DNA of 52,792 bases, taken from Candidatus Hydrogenedentota bacterium. Its GTDB lineage: Bacteria; Hydrogenedentota; Hydrogenedentia; Hydrogenedentales; JAEUWI01. Within the stretch, counting starts at the first letter, position 1, and every line of letters begins with the position of its first letter. The translations under genes and the position numbers were made by a program. The notes under the pieces were generated by a model. That model did not search any database. It saw nothing but the letters and a program-made list of their open reading frames with translations, and was not told the DNA's origin. This document shows, one piece after another, positions 17,104-27,700 of this stretch. Location: positions 1 to 52,792 of the forward strand of contig JBJOID010000178.1 in the NCBI GenBank assembly GCA_046047315.1. The letters are read 5' to 3'.

Positions 17104-19089
17104 TTGGAACACCATCCGCCGGAACTGATTAGCCAAGTGGCAATTTTGTTTGGCACGGCTCTGGCCGTGTCGTGGGCTTTCCGTTATCTCCGGGCGCCCT
17201 CGGTGATTGGTTACCTGATCACGGGAATCATCATCGGTCCCTCGGCGCTGTCGCTGATCAACGAGGAACAGGTGGCGAGTTTCTCGGAGATCGGTCTGGT
17301 CCTGTTGTTGTTCATCATCGGGCTGGAACTATCGCCAAAGCCCCTGCTCGAGGCGGGGCCGCGCCTGATGGTGGCAACCGTGTTGCAGTTGACGCTCACT
17401 GCCCTCCCCCCCGCGCTGCTGGGATACTACCTTGGCGGCCAGGGTGTCGTGGGCGCCTTCGTGCTGGGGGCGGCGGTCTCCCTCAGCTCCACCGCTATCA
17501 CGCTCAAAGTGCTGCTCGACCGGAAGGAAGTCTCCTCCGCCATGGGCAACATCAGCACCGGCATCCTGCTCTTGCAGGACGTCTACGTGATGGTGCTGAT
17601 GCTCCTGATTCCCATGCTGGCCGTGGCGAGCGGCGGCGATTGGGGCCCCGAACTGCTCAAGAGCGGCATGGGTCTTGCCGGTATGGTCGTCATCGTGCTG
17701 GCAATGCGTTATGCCCTGCCGATAATTTTGCGGCAGGTGTCTTACCGCGGCGGTCCCGAGCTGCTCACCCTGCTGGGCGTGGTGATGGCGGCGGGCGGTG
17801 CCTGGTCGGCGGAGTTATTCGGCTGGCCGCCGGCCATTGGCGCCTGCATCGCCGGGCTGCTGCTGGCCCAAGCGGATGAACGACACCAACTGGTGGCGGA
17901 TATCAGCCCCTTCCGCGACGTGTTCAACGCCCTGTTCTTCATCTCGCTCGGCATGCTCGTGCAACTCGATGTGGTGATGACGAACGCGCGCCTCCTGCTG
18001 CTGGCCATCGGCGCCACGCTGGTTCTCAAGTCCCTGATAACCGCGGCGGCGGTGCGCATTGGCGGCTGGCCCAACCGGCTGGCCCTGCAAGTGGGCCTCG
18101 CCCTTTGCACGGTGAGCGAGTTTGGCTACGTGCTGGCGAGCGTGGCGGACCATGCGGGGCTCTTCGGCGAGGCCATGCTCAGCATCCTGATTCCGTATGC
18201 GGTGGGCACCATGCTGTTCGGCGCGGTGCTGGTGCCCATGTCGGGCAGCCTGTCACTCTGGCTGTTGGGACGCGAAGCCGATACGGGCGAAGCCGAAGAG
18301 GGACCGGAGGGGCATGTCATCATCGTCGGCTTTGGCGTAACCGGCGAGAACCTCTCGCGCGTACTGAACGCCACCCACATCCCCTTCGAGGTCATCGAGA
18401 TGAATCCCATCCTGGTGTCGCGCGCCAAGCAAGCCGGCGGCCATGTGGTGGTGGGCGACGCCGCACGAATGAGCATCCTCCACGAAGCCCGCGTCGGCCA
18501 TGCCCGTGCCCTCGTGATTGGCATCAACGACATCCCCGCCACGCGCCATATCGTGGCGCAGGCACGCGCCCTCCGCAAGGACCTGTACATCATCGTGCGC
18601 ACCCCCTTCGCAAGCGAGGTCGAGCCGCTCTACAAACGCGGGGCCAGCATGGTTATCCCCTCGGACTTCGAAGTTTCCATCAAGATCTTCGCGCAGGTGC
18701 TCACTGAACTTGGCATTCCCGACAACGTGATCCAGGCGCAAATCGCGTCGATTCGCGCGGGAGGGTACGGTGTGCTGCGCGGGCTGGAATCACGCCGGGC
18801 CGAGCACCTCGACGAGCTACTCGAGGTCTTCCGCACCACCTCCACGCAGACCTTTTACGTGCGCGACGACTCCCCCGCTTCGGGCTGCACGCTCGGCCAG
18901 GGCAACCTTCGCGCCAAGACCGGCGTCAACATCATCGCCGTGGTTCGGAATGGCAAGGCGGAAACCAACCCCGGCGCGGACTACGTCATTGAGACGGGAG
19001 ACGTGCTGGTGCTGTTGGGTACCCACGCCCAGCTCAACGAAGCCCGCACCTACCTCGCGGGCAATGACGCTAAGCGCACCATGGCATAG
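17104..19089 (+). CDS. CPA2-family cation:proton antiporter with TrkA-N and TrkA-C (RCK) domains
   Basis: Kef-type membrane domain (GYLITGIIIGPS, EIGLVLLLFIIGLE). Rossmann motif IIVGFGVTG. C-terminal RCK_C (NIIAVVRNGK...GDVLVLLG). TTG start in the ORF track. Confidence 0.88.
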   Translation: MEHHPPELISQVAILFGTALAVSWAFRYLRAPSVIGYLITGIIIGPSALSLINEEQVASFSEIGLVLLLFIIGLELSPKPLLEAGPRLMVATVLQLTLTALPPALLGYYLGGQGVVGAFVLGAAVSLSSTAITLKVLLDRKEVSSAMGNISTGILLLQDVYVMVLMLLIPMLAVASGGDWGPELLKSGMGLAGMVVIVLAMRYALPIILRQVSYRGGPELLTLLGVVMAAGGAWSAELFGWPPAIGACIAGLLLAQADERHQLVADISPFRDVFNALFFISLGMLVQLDVVMTNARLLLLAIGATLVLKSLITAAAVRIGGWPNRLALQVGLALCTVSEFGYVLASVADHAGLFGEAMLSILIPYAVGTMLFGAVLVPMSGSLSLWLLGREADTGEAEEGPEGHVIIVGFGVTGENLSRVLNATHIPFEVIEMNPILVSRAKQAGGHVVVGDAARMSILHEARVGHARALVIGINDIPATRHIVAQARALRKDLYIIVRTPFASEVEPLYKRGASMVIPSDFEVSIKIFAQVLTELGIPDNVIQAQIASIRAGGYGVLRGLESRRAEHLDELLEVFRTTSTQTFYVRDDSPASGCTLGQGNLRAKTGVNIIAVVRNGKAETNPGADYVIETGDVLVLLGTHAQLNEARTYLAGNDAKRTMA

Positions 19090-19113
19090 CGTTTCCAAGG
19101 CCAGTTGCTCGAG

Positions 19114-20778
19114 CTAGATAGCGGGGCAGAAACCGTCCTCAGTGCCGGCCTTTGGACAGTAATTGAGACCGCCGGTATTGAAGAACTGGATCATGCGCAG
19201 CAACTCGCTAAGGGTTATGACGCCCTGGGGTTGCTGGTAATCGGCGGCATGGCGCAGACAGTCGAGGCTGCCGGGACCGGGCTGGAAGCCGTCCTCCGTG
19301 GCGGCGGGAACATCGGCGCAGGCATAGCGCAGCGCGTTGTAAAGCTGAATCACGCGCAACAGTTCCGTGAGGTCGATGGCCCCATTGAGGTTCTGATCGG
19401 CATGGTGCAGCTCGGCAATCCCCGCGAAGTTCAACAACTCGAACAGGGAAAGGCTTGCGTTCGAGTTGGTGTCCAACAATTCGAATGAAGCCGAATCAAT
19501 CGTGACCCCGGCGCCTTGCAGCTCGGCGAGCGTGGCCACGTTGTCCGCCCCCGTGGCGGCGGCGAAATCGGGCAGGATGTTGTCGCGCACGTTCTGCGCG
19601 GCGGTATCGACGATCTTGTAAGCGCCGGAAGTCGTCACGATGTACAGCTCACCGCGCTCATCTTCGCCAAAGGAGGTGATGTTGGAGAAGGGGTCCAGCT
19701 CCGCCGTGCGTTCCTGAAAGTTGACCACCCCGGTGCCTTGCACGTAGCGGAAGGAATAAACATCGTGCGAGCAGAAGTCGCCGAAGAAGTAGAGTCCACG
19801 CGAGCGGGGCATGTCGCTGCCCCGGTACACGTAGCCGCCGGTGACAGAGCAGCGTCCGCTGGTGTGATCATACACCCGCACGGGCATGGTGAGACTGGCG
19901 TCGTTGCAGGGTGGGTTGCCCCCGGATTGACTGCCATCGAAACAGGCCGTGCCTTCCATTACGCGCCAGCCATAGTTCTCCCCGCCGCCGCTTGAGCCCG
20001 GCTGGAAGTTCACTTCTTCGATATCTCCCTGCCCCACGTCTGCGATGTAGAAATCGCCGGTGACCTGGTCGAAGCTGGCTCTCCAAGGATTGCGCAGCCC
20101 ATAGGCCCAAATCTCGGCGCGCCGACCTTGTTGCCCGACGAAGGGGTTTCCATCGGGCACGCTATAGCCACCGCCGGGTGCCGATACATCGAGACGAAGC
20201 ACCTTGCCAAGCAGCGTGTTCCGGTCCTGACCGTTGCCCGTGTTGCTCCAAGGATCACCACCACTGCCGCCGTCGCCGGAGCTGATATACAGGTATCCGT
20301 CCGGACCGAAGCCGATCCACCCGCCGTTGTGATTACTGGCGGGCTGAGCGTACTGGATGATTATCTGCTCGGTGTTCGGGTTGGCGGTGTCGGCGGAGGG
20401 GGGATTGGCGGTGAAACGGGAGACCCGGGTGGTAAGTTGGCCGTCAATGGTGGTCGTATAGTTCACGTAGAAGCGGCCGCTGGCGGCGTAGTCAGGTTCG
20501 AATGCCAAGCCGAGCATGCCGCGTTCGCCACAACAGGTGACTGGCCCGGAGATGTCCATGAACGGCGTGGGCAGGAGTGTTCCGCCATCGCTGATCTTGA
20601 TGATGCCCTCTTGCTCGACAATGAAGATGCGCCCGGAACCGTCGCCCGCGTGGGTGAGGAAGACCGCGCCATCGAGATCTTCATGCAGAACCTCGAGCGC
20701 CAGCGGCTGGGCCGGGGCCAAGGAACACAGGATAAGGGACGCCGACAGGATGGCCAGCAGCAGAGGTTGAAGATACAT
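19114..20778 (-). CDS. PQQ-dependent sugar dehydrogenase (SGDH/YliI-like beta-propeller) with C-terminal EF-hand-like repeat module
   Basis: Motifs GRIFIVEQEG, LGLAFEPDY, FYVNYT, HNGGWIGFGPDGYLYISSGDGG, LLGKVLRLDV, IWAYGLRNPWR. Signal peptide from MYLQPLLLAIL (start 20778). The last 150 aa or so carry three DxNxNGxIxLxELLRxIQxxN-like units. Confidence 0.88.
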   Translation of the reverse strand: MYLQPLLLAILSASLILCSLAPAQPLALEVLHEDLDGAVFLTHAGDGSGRIFIVEQEGIIKISDGGTLLPTPFMDISGPVTCCGERGMLGLAFEPDYAASGRFYVNYTTTIDGQLTTRVSRFTANPPSADTANPNTEQIIIQYAQPASNHNGGWIGFGPDGYLYISSGDGGSGGDPWSNTGNGQDRNTLLGKVLRLDVSAPGGGYSVPDGNPFVGQQGRRAEIWAYGLRNPWRASFDQVTGDFYIADVGQGDIEEVNFQPGSSGGGENYGWRVMEGTACFDGSQSGGNPPCNDASLTMPVRVYDHTSGRCSVTGGYVYRGSDMPRSRGLYFFGDFCSHDVYSFRYVQGTGVVNFQERTAELDPFSNITSFGEDERGELYIVTTSGAYKIVDTAAQNVRDNILPDFAAATGADNVATLAELQGAGVTIDSASFELLDTNSNASLSLFELLNFAGIAELHHADQNLNGAIDLTELLRVIQLYNALRYACADVPAATEDGFQPGPGSLDCLRHAADYQQPQGVITLSELLRMIQFFNTGGLNYCPKAGTEDGFCPAI

Positions 20779-20882
20779 GGGCGTACTCCTTGGCGCGGCG
20801 GTGGCGCTCGATGGCCCGCCTCGCCTGCCGATGAATGAAGTCATACGTCAAAGCATAACACAGCCCCGGAGAGGCGCGGAGA

Positions 20883-21803
20883 CTATTTGAGGTTGATGCT
20901 GTCCCGGACCAAGTACAAAGGGCGGCTCTTCACCTCAAGCACGATGATTTTGAAGTATTCCCCGGCAAGCCCCACGCCCATAAGCAGCAGGGCGCTGAAA
21001 AGCCACTGCGCCAATAAGAGGAAGGCAATCGTGGAAGGAGCGCGAAGCGCGACGGAAACCACCACCACGGGCCAGAGCGCCAAGGCGATACAGCCGCTGT
21101 AAGTGCACCACCGCAGTGGCAGGGCCGTGTTGGAAAAGACCGCGTCGCGCGCCAGCCTGAGCATGCGGCGCAGCGGATATTTGGAATGACCGGTCGTCCT
21201 CGCGGGCCGGGTGTAGCGCACTGTGGCTTGCTGAAAACCGAGCGTGGCGAAGATGCCGCGCAGAAAGCGCACGCGTTCGCCGTAGGCGCGATAGGCTTCC
21301 AACGCGCGGCGGCTGATGAGCTTGAAGTCGCCGGCGTTCTCGGGCAGGCTGGGCAGCACCCACCGCCGCATCACCGCGTAGAAGAGTTTGGCCGAGAGCC
21401 GCTTGAAGGCGGCATCACTTTCGCGATCCACGCGCACGGCATGCACCACGTCGGCACCCGCTTCAAATGCGGCGAGCATTTCCTTTAGCAGCTCGGGCGG
21501 GTCTTGCAGGTCCGCATCGAGAATGGCAACCGCGTCGGCGTCGCAAGCATCGAGACCGGCGGAGATGGCCCGCTGCTGGCCGTAATTTCGTGCGAGCCGC
21601 AGCCCCCGGACGCGGGCATTCTCCGCCGCAAGCCGGGTGATCTGCTCCCAGGTGGCATCGGTACTGCCGTCGTCCACGAACAAATAATCGAATTGGTAGG
21701 CTGGACAGGCAAGCTCCACCTCGGCGCATCGCGATAGAAAGGGGCCTATCCCGTCCGCTTCGTTCAAGCAGGGCACGACAAGCGTGAGCATGCGCTGTGG
21801 CAT
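20883..21803 (-). CDS. GT2-family polyprenyl-phosphate glycosyltransferase (GtrB/ArnC/DPM1-like)
   Basis: Motifs VVPCLNE, FVDDGSTD, ILDADLQDPPE, plus two C-terminal TM helices. Confidence 0.88.
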   Translation of the reverse strand: MPQRMLTLVVPCLNEADGIGPFLSRCAEVELACPAYQFDYLFVDDGSTDATWEQITRLAAENARVRGLRLARNYGQQRAISAGLDACDADAVAILDADLQDPPELLKEMLAAFEAGADVVHAVRVDRESDAAFKRLSAKLFYAVMRRWVLPSLPENAGDFKLISRRALEAYRAYGERVRFLRGIFATLGFQQATVRYTRPARTTGHSKYPLRRMLRLARDAVFSNTALPLRWCTYSGCIALALWPVVVVSVALRAPSTIAFLLLAQWLFSALLLMGVGLAGEYFKIIVLEVKSRPLYLVRDSINLK

Positions 21804-21822
21804 GGTGAGCGCAGCCCCCGGC

Positions 21823-22818
21823 CTATTTCAGCGGTTGCACCCAAATGTTGCGGAATTGCACGTAGTTGTTGTGCCCCTGCAACTTGATGTGGCCCGGCTC
21901 CTTGGGATGTGGCTTGGCGCGGTCGGAATCCTTCCAGCCGGTGATCCACCAGCACGCCTGATCATTGTGAATCAATACGCCGTTCTGACGAACGGTGAGG
22001 CGCGGGTTCTCGGTGAGGTTGCCCCCGGCGTCGAAGCGCGCGGCTCGGAACTCGATGTCGTACGCCTGCCACTGCAGGGGAGGACGACAGGCGTTCACCT
22101 TGGGGGCGGCAACCTTGTAGATGGCGCCGCACTCGTCGTAGTAGCCTTCCAGCCCGAAGCTGTCCAACACCTGCACCTCGTACTCATCGCTAAGAAAGAC
22201 GCCGCTGTTGCCGCGGGCTTGACCGCTGGCCGTGGGAAGGTAGGGCAGGCGGAACTCGACATGAAGCCGGACATCGCCGTAGGTATCTTTCGAGACCAGG
22301 TAATCCCCGGTGGGCGTGACCATGAGCACGCCCTCGGGGGTGATCTCCCACCCCTCGGTGGGCTGCCAGGCGTCCAGCCCGCTGCCGCCGAAAAGGACGG
22401 TCGCGCCTTCGGGAGCCGGGGTTCCCAGGGCGGGGTTTTCCCGCTCGACACGATTCAGGGTGAAGGCGGCCAAACGCCCCCTCCCCCCCGTCATCACGCC
22501 GTTCTCAATTCGGCCGAAATGCTTGAAAGCGCCCTCGAACTCGAGCACCCCATTGGCGGCGGTGGCTTCGGCCACGAACTGCGGGGTGCTGCGCATGTCG
22601 AGCTTGGAACGGAAGACCACGCGGTACTTGTCCCGGCCGAGCGCAATTACCTGGGCGGCAGCCACGACATCGACGTCTTCACCGCGATCCCACTGGCCCA
22701 CGTACTCGCCGCTGATGGTCTCGGTCTGGGCGGGAAAGAAATCCTCCGCCGTTTTCTGGGCGGCTGCGGAGAAGCCCAGCGCGAGGGCGAGGGCGAGGAT
22801 CCAAAGTCGGGTGCTCAT
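21823..22818 (-). CDS. DUF1080 (3-keto-disaccharide hydrolase-like) domain protein, exported
   Basis: Signal peptide MSTRLWILALALALGFSAAAQ. Two jelly-roll-like halves. Typical DUF1080 ending IKLQGHNNYVQFRNIWV. Confidence 0.82.
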   Translation of the reverse strand: MSTRLWILALALALGFSAAAQKTAEDFFPAQTETISGEYVGQWDRGEDVDVVAAAQVIALGRDKYRVVFRSKLDMRSTPQFVAEATAANGVLEFEGAFKHFGRIENGVMTGGRGRLAAFTLNRVERENPALGTPAPEGATVLFGGSGLDAWQPTEGWEITPEGVLMVTPTGDYLVSKDTYGDVRLHVEFRLPYLPTASGQARGNSGVFLSDEYEVQVLDSFGLEGYYDECGAIYKVAAPKVNACRPPLQWQAYDIEFRAARFDAGGNLTENPRLTVRQNGVLIHNDQACWWITGWKDSDRAKPHPKEPGHIKLQGHNNYVQFRNIWVQPLK

Positions 22819-23115
22819 GGGTGTATCCTTGTGGTTGTTGCCGGGCTTGGATTATTGCCATTACGCGGCAGCGTTACAACCAGCATGAAGCCCCCTATGA
22901 CGCTCGACCCGATTGGACTCTGCCGCAGCTGCCAATACGCCCGGGAAATCCCCCATCCCCGGGGCGGGCAGAGCTATTGGTCGTGCGGCCGGGCCGTCGA
23001 GGATCCCAGGTTTGCACGCTACCCCCGATTGCCGGTGGTTCAGTGCCCGGGTCACCAGCCCAAGTGAAGCCCTGGGCGATGCAACCCGTCCGGCCCTTCA
23101 GGTATCCTTCCAGCC

Positions 23116-23988
23116 ATGCAACCCCCGCCCTTTGAATTCGCGCACGAGAACCATGTGCTGGCCCCGTTGACCCTGTACAACATCGGGGGGCCGGCGCGCT
23201 GGGCCCTCGTACCACGCACGCCGGAGGAGCTGGCCGATGCCTATCGCTGGTTGTCGAAGCAGGATGCGCGGCGTTTCGTGCTGGGCGGCGGCAGCAACGT
23301 GCTCATTTCCGACGAGGGCTTTCCCGGGTATGTGCTGTTGACCTCGGGACTCAATCAATTTGAGGAACACGGTGGACACCGTTACACCATCGGCGCGGGA
23401 CATGACCTGATGTGGCTGGTGCGCGAGATTATGCTGCCGAACAACTACGAAGGCGTGGGCGGGCTGACAGGTATCCCCGGCTCCGTGGGCGGGGCCATCT
23501 ACATGAACGCGGGCACGGTGAACGGGTGGACCTGCCAGTACATGGAGTCTGCCGACGTGATGGGACCGGAAGGTCCGCGAACGGTGGCGATGCGGGACGA
23601 CTTGTACAGCTACCGGGGGCAATTCTTCTGTGCGCCGGGTGAGGTGATTACCGGCGGGGTGTTTCAGTTCGCGGTCTCGGAGCGCGACCAGCGTGCGCTG
23701 CATGAGCACTACATGAAGCGCCGCCGAGAGAAGCAGCCGCCGGGGCACAGCTGCGGGAGCGTGTTCAAGAACCCGCCGGACAACCACGCGGGACGGCTCA
23801 TCGAGGCCTGTGGCCTGAAGGGCACCCGCATCGGCGGCGCGGTAATCAGCGAGATGCACGCGAACTTCTTTATCAACGAGAACAACGCGTCCTTTCAGGA
23901 CGTGATCGACCTTATCGCCTTGGCGAAGGAAAAGGTGAAGGTGGAGTTTGGAATCGCGCTGGAGGAAGAGGTGCGGATTGTTCGGTAG
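23116..23988 (+). CDS. murB: UDP-N-acetylenolpyruvoylglucosamine reductase
   Basis: Motifs LGGGSNVLISD, GIPGSVGGAIYMNAG, SCGSVFKNP, AGRLIEACGLKG, HANFFIN. Confidence 0.93.
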   Translation: MQPPPFEFAHENHVLAPLTLYNIGGPARWALVPRTPEELADAYRWLSKQDARRFVLGGGSNVLISDEGFPGYVLLTSGLNQFEEHGGHRYTIGAGHDLMWLVREIMLPNNYEGVGGLTGIPGSVGGAIYMNAGTVNGWTCQYMESADVMGPEGPRTVAMRDDLYSYRGQFFCAPGEVITGGVFQFAVSERDQRALHEHYMKRRREKQPPGHSCGSVFKNPPDNHAGRLIEACGLKGTRIGGAVISEMHANFFINENNASFQDVIDLIALAKEKVKVEFGIALEEEVRIVR

Positions 23989-23992
23989 GGAA

Positions 23993-24436
23993 TCAGGTGT
24001 TTCCCAACTCAAGCTGTTCGACATCGTGAAGATCGATGTGTCTGCCTGAAGAGCGCTTGTTGCGTATCAATTGTTCTCGCCCAATGAGATTGACTTCCAC
24101 GTTGCCAAATCGCGCACGGGTTCTTCCCTCCCATGCCTCATCGAAGTTTACGCCATCAATCGAGGTAAGGATGTCGACACGCAGAGGTAGCCGACCCATT
24201 TGGTAGAAGTATCCCGGCGATTCGAAATCTTTAGGTTCCAAGCCTGAAAGGGGAGCGCCGAAGGCGCGCAGGCAATCGAACACTATATTGGCATTGGTTG
24301 CGCTGGCCTCGATGAAAATATCCAGGTCCTTCGTAAATCGGGGCTCGGTGTAGTACATCACTGCGTGGCCGCCGACTATAACGTACTTAGCCCGGCTGCT
24401 TTCCAAAATGCTCAATATCTCTTCGAAGTCGTCCAT
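23993..24436 (-). CDS. Small nucleotidyltransferase-fold protein (DUF6036/AbiEii-like family by eye)
   Basis: Pattern MDDFEEILSILESSRAKYVIVGGHAVMYY ... TKDLDIFI. The G-G ... DLD pattern is typical of minimal nucleotidyltransferases. Start 24436 is an internal Met of track ORF 23993..24586. Confidence 0.65.
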   Translation of the reverse strand: MDDFEEILSILESSRAKYVIVGGHAVMYYTEPRFTKDLDIFIEASATNANIVFDCLRAFGAPLSGLEPKDFESPGYFYQMGRLPLRVDILTSIDGVNFDEAWEGRTRARFGNVEVNLIGREQLIRNKRSSGRHIDLHDVEQLELGNT

Positions 24437-24641
24437 CGATGGGCTCATTCTTGAGTTTGTAGGCCGCGACCACCATCTTCCAAGACTCGGCGAGAATGGC
24501 ATCCGGCCCCTGGCGTTGCCAATAGGCAATATCGAAAGCACGGTCCATTGCGGCCAATTGGCCGTACCGCTCCATCGTGTTGCCATCGCTCATGCAGCCA
24601 AGCCTCGCATAGTGATCCACGAGTCGCAGTATATCACGCAT
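24387..24641 (-). CDS. Small hypothetical protein overlapping the nucleotidyltransferase gene by 50 nt (possible antitoxin-like partner or frameshifted N-terminal segment)
   Basis: The segment AMDRAFDIAYWQRQGPDAILAESWKMVVAAYKL resembles N-terminal segments seen attached to such nucleotidyltransferases. The start is uncertain (24641, 24593 or 24575). The longer track ORF would overlap the mfd start. Confidence 0.35.
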   Translation of the reverse strand: MRDILRLVDHYARLGCMSDGNTMERYGQLAAMDRAFDIAYWQRQGPDAILAESWKMVVAAYKLKNEPIDGRLRRDIEHFGKQPG

Positions 24642-24759
24642 TCGTTCGAGAAATGCGCGGCAGGTGCGCCACGATGTACAATCAGGGACTTGTTTCCGCC
24701 CGGGCCAGAGCCCAGGGCGGCTTTCGTCGTGGATGCCAACATTACTGAATGCCTGTGCC

Positions 24760-27700
24760 ATGCCCCTGAAACTCAATCAGCTATCCGCCATCGACGCCGT
24801 GGTCGAAGCCTTGTCGAAGAAGCCGCACCGCGCGGACCTGGTGGGGCCGTGGGGCTCGGCCAAGTCGGTGGCGGCGATGCAGGCCGCTGAGGCCATGGGG
24901 CGGCCGATGCTTTTCCTCTGCGCGGGCCGCATCGAAGCGGAGGCGGTGTATGAGGACCTGGCGACCTTTGCGGGGGAGGAGCGCGTGGCGCTGTTCCCGG
25001 CGTGGGAAGTGCTGCCCTCGGACACGATGAACCCGTCGGACGACATCGTGGCGGAGCGGCTGGACACCCTGCGTCGCCTGGCGACGGCCCTGGAGCAGGA
25101 ACAGCGGATGATGGTGGTGATGCCGGTGCGCTCGCTGATGCAACGGGTCATCCCCCGGAAGCAGCTCGAAGAGGGCACCTTGTCACTACGCTGCGGGCAG
25201 GAGATCGATCTCGACGCGCTGCTTGAGCGACTGATCAAGCTGGGTTACACGCGCGAGGTGATGGTGGAGAACCGTGGCGAGGTGAGCGTGCGCGGCGGGA
25301 TCGTGGACATCTTCCCCATCTCCGCCGAGCTGCCCTTCCGATTCGAATTCTTCGGGGACGAGATTGAAAGCATCCGGCGCTTTGAACCGGAAACGCAGCG
25401 CAGCGTGTCGAGCGAGGAGGGGGTGCAGATACTGCCGCGCTCGGAGAAGGCGCTGCTCACCAAGCTGGAGAAACAGGGCGGACTGGACGCGCTGACCAGC
25501 TATCTGCCCAAAGACACGCTGGTGGTGATCGACGAGATCCCGGCGGTGTTGGACGAGGCCCACATCGTTGAACGGCAGGCGGCAGGCAGCCGCCACGTAA
25601 TGACCTGGGAGGAGGCCGAGAAAGCGCTCGATCCCTTTGCGCAATTGAACCTGGCGCAGGTGGCGCTGGAACGTGACGAGAAATTGTCCCGCGTAAAGAT
25701 GCCAAGCACGAGCATCGCGGGTTGGGCGGGACACGCACAGGACTTCTGGGACCAGCTCAACCGCTGGGGCGCGGACGGCTACACGGTGCAGCTGATCTGC
25801 GTGAACTCCGGCGAGCGCCGGCGGCTTTACGAGCTGCTGGAGGAGAAGGGCTATCGTCCGGGGCAGGAGGGCTTCGACCTGCGCGTGGACATAGGGCGGT
25901 TGCGCGCGGGCTTCACCATTCCGCAGGACAAACTGGCAGTTCTGTCCGAGAAGGAAATGTTCGGGCGTCACTACGTGCGCCGGAAGCGGCGCCGCTTTGA
26001 AGCCGGTTCCATGATCACGCAGTTCAGCGACCTGAAGAGCGGCGACTACGTAGTCCATGTGGAGCATGGCATCGGGCGTTACCTCGGTCTCAAGCGCTTC
26101 GACGGCAAGAGCAGCGATTTCATGATGCTGCAATACCGCGGCGGCGACACCGTCTATGTGCCGGTGACGCAGATTGACCAGGTGCAGAAGTATGTGGCGG
26201 GCGAGGGCGCCGTGCCGCGCGTGGACAAGGTGGGTGGGGCCAGCTGGCGCAACGCCAAGGCCACGGTGAAGAAGGCGGTGCGCGACATGACGGCGGAGCT
26301 TGTGAAGCTCTACGCCGCGCGCGAGCAGAGCCAGGGCTTCGCCTTCAGCACGGACACCCCATGGCAGAAAGAGTTCGAGGACTCCTTCCAGTATGACGAA
26401 ACGCCAGACCAGTTGCGCGCCATTGAGGAGGTGAAGCGCGACATGGAGTCGCCGCGACCGATGGACCGGCTACTTTGTGGCGACGTGGGGTATGGCAAAA
26501 CCGAGGTGGCGCTGCGGGCGGCGTTCAAGGCGGTGCAGGACGGCAAGCAGGTGGCGGTGCTGGCGCCGACCACGGTGCTAACGCAGCAGCACTACGCCAC
26601 CTTCACCGAACGCATGGCGGACTTCCCGGTGCGCATCGAGCTGCTCAACCGCTTCCGCACGGACCGGCAGCAGCACGAGACCATCGAGCGGCTGAAGAGC
26701 GGCGAGGTGGACATCGTGATCGGCACGCACCGGCTGGTCTCGAAAGACGTGCACTTCAAGGACATTGGGCTGGTCATTATCGACGAGGAGCAGCGCTTTG
26801 GCGTGGTGCAGAAGGAACGCCTGAAGCAGATGCGCAACCAGGTGGACGTGCTGACCATGTCCGCCACCCCCATCCCCCGCACCCTGCACTTCTCCTTGAT
26901 CGGCGTGCGCGACATGAGTGTTATCAATACGGCGCCAAACGACCGTCTGCCCATTCACACCTGTATCGAAACGTGGGACAAGAACCTCATCAAGGAAGCC
27001 ATTGAGCGCGAGCTCGCGCGCGAGGGTCAGGTCTTCTTCCTGCACAACCGCGTGAACACGATCACGCAGGTTGCGGCGCAGATCAACGAGTTGGTGCCGC
27101 GTGCCAAAGTGGAAGTGGGGCATGGCCAGATGCACAAGCATGAGCTTGAGGAAGTGATGGGGCGCTTCATCGAGCGCCAGTGCGACGTGCTGGTATGCAC
27201 CACCATCATCGGGTCCGGAATCGACATCCCCAACGCGAACACCATCATCATCGACCGCGCGGATCACTTTGGCCTGAGCGAGCTTTACCAGATTCGCGGC
27301 CGCGTGGGGCGCTACAAGCACCGCGCCTTCGCCTACCTGTTGGTGCCGGGTGACCGCGCGCTTACCGAGGATGCGCAGGAGCGGCTCAAGGCGCTGGAGG
27401 ATTTCTCGTCGCTGGGGGCGGGCTTCCGCATCGCCATGCGCGACCTGGAGATTCGTGGGGCGGGCAACCTGCTTGGCGGCGACCAGAGCGGACACATCTC
27501 GTCCGTGGGGTATGAGACCTATCGCGAGCTTATCGAGGAATGCGTGTCCGAGCATCGCGGCGTGGCCGTGCGCCGCGTGCAGTTGCCCGCCTTTGACCTC
27601 AAGGTGGAGGCCCACATCCCCGAGGCCTATGTGCCCACAGCGCAGCAGAAGATGACCCTGTACCGGCGCATCGCCCACCTCAAGTCGATGGACGAGGTGG

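Noticed and set aside
20883-22818. GT2 (20883..21803) plus DUF1080 gene as a second dedicated glycan system.
   Set aside because: Only adjacency on the same strand supports it, with a 19-nt gap. DUF1080 proteins are abundant stand-alone exported proteins in such genomes, and no flippase or GT-C partner is adjacent.
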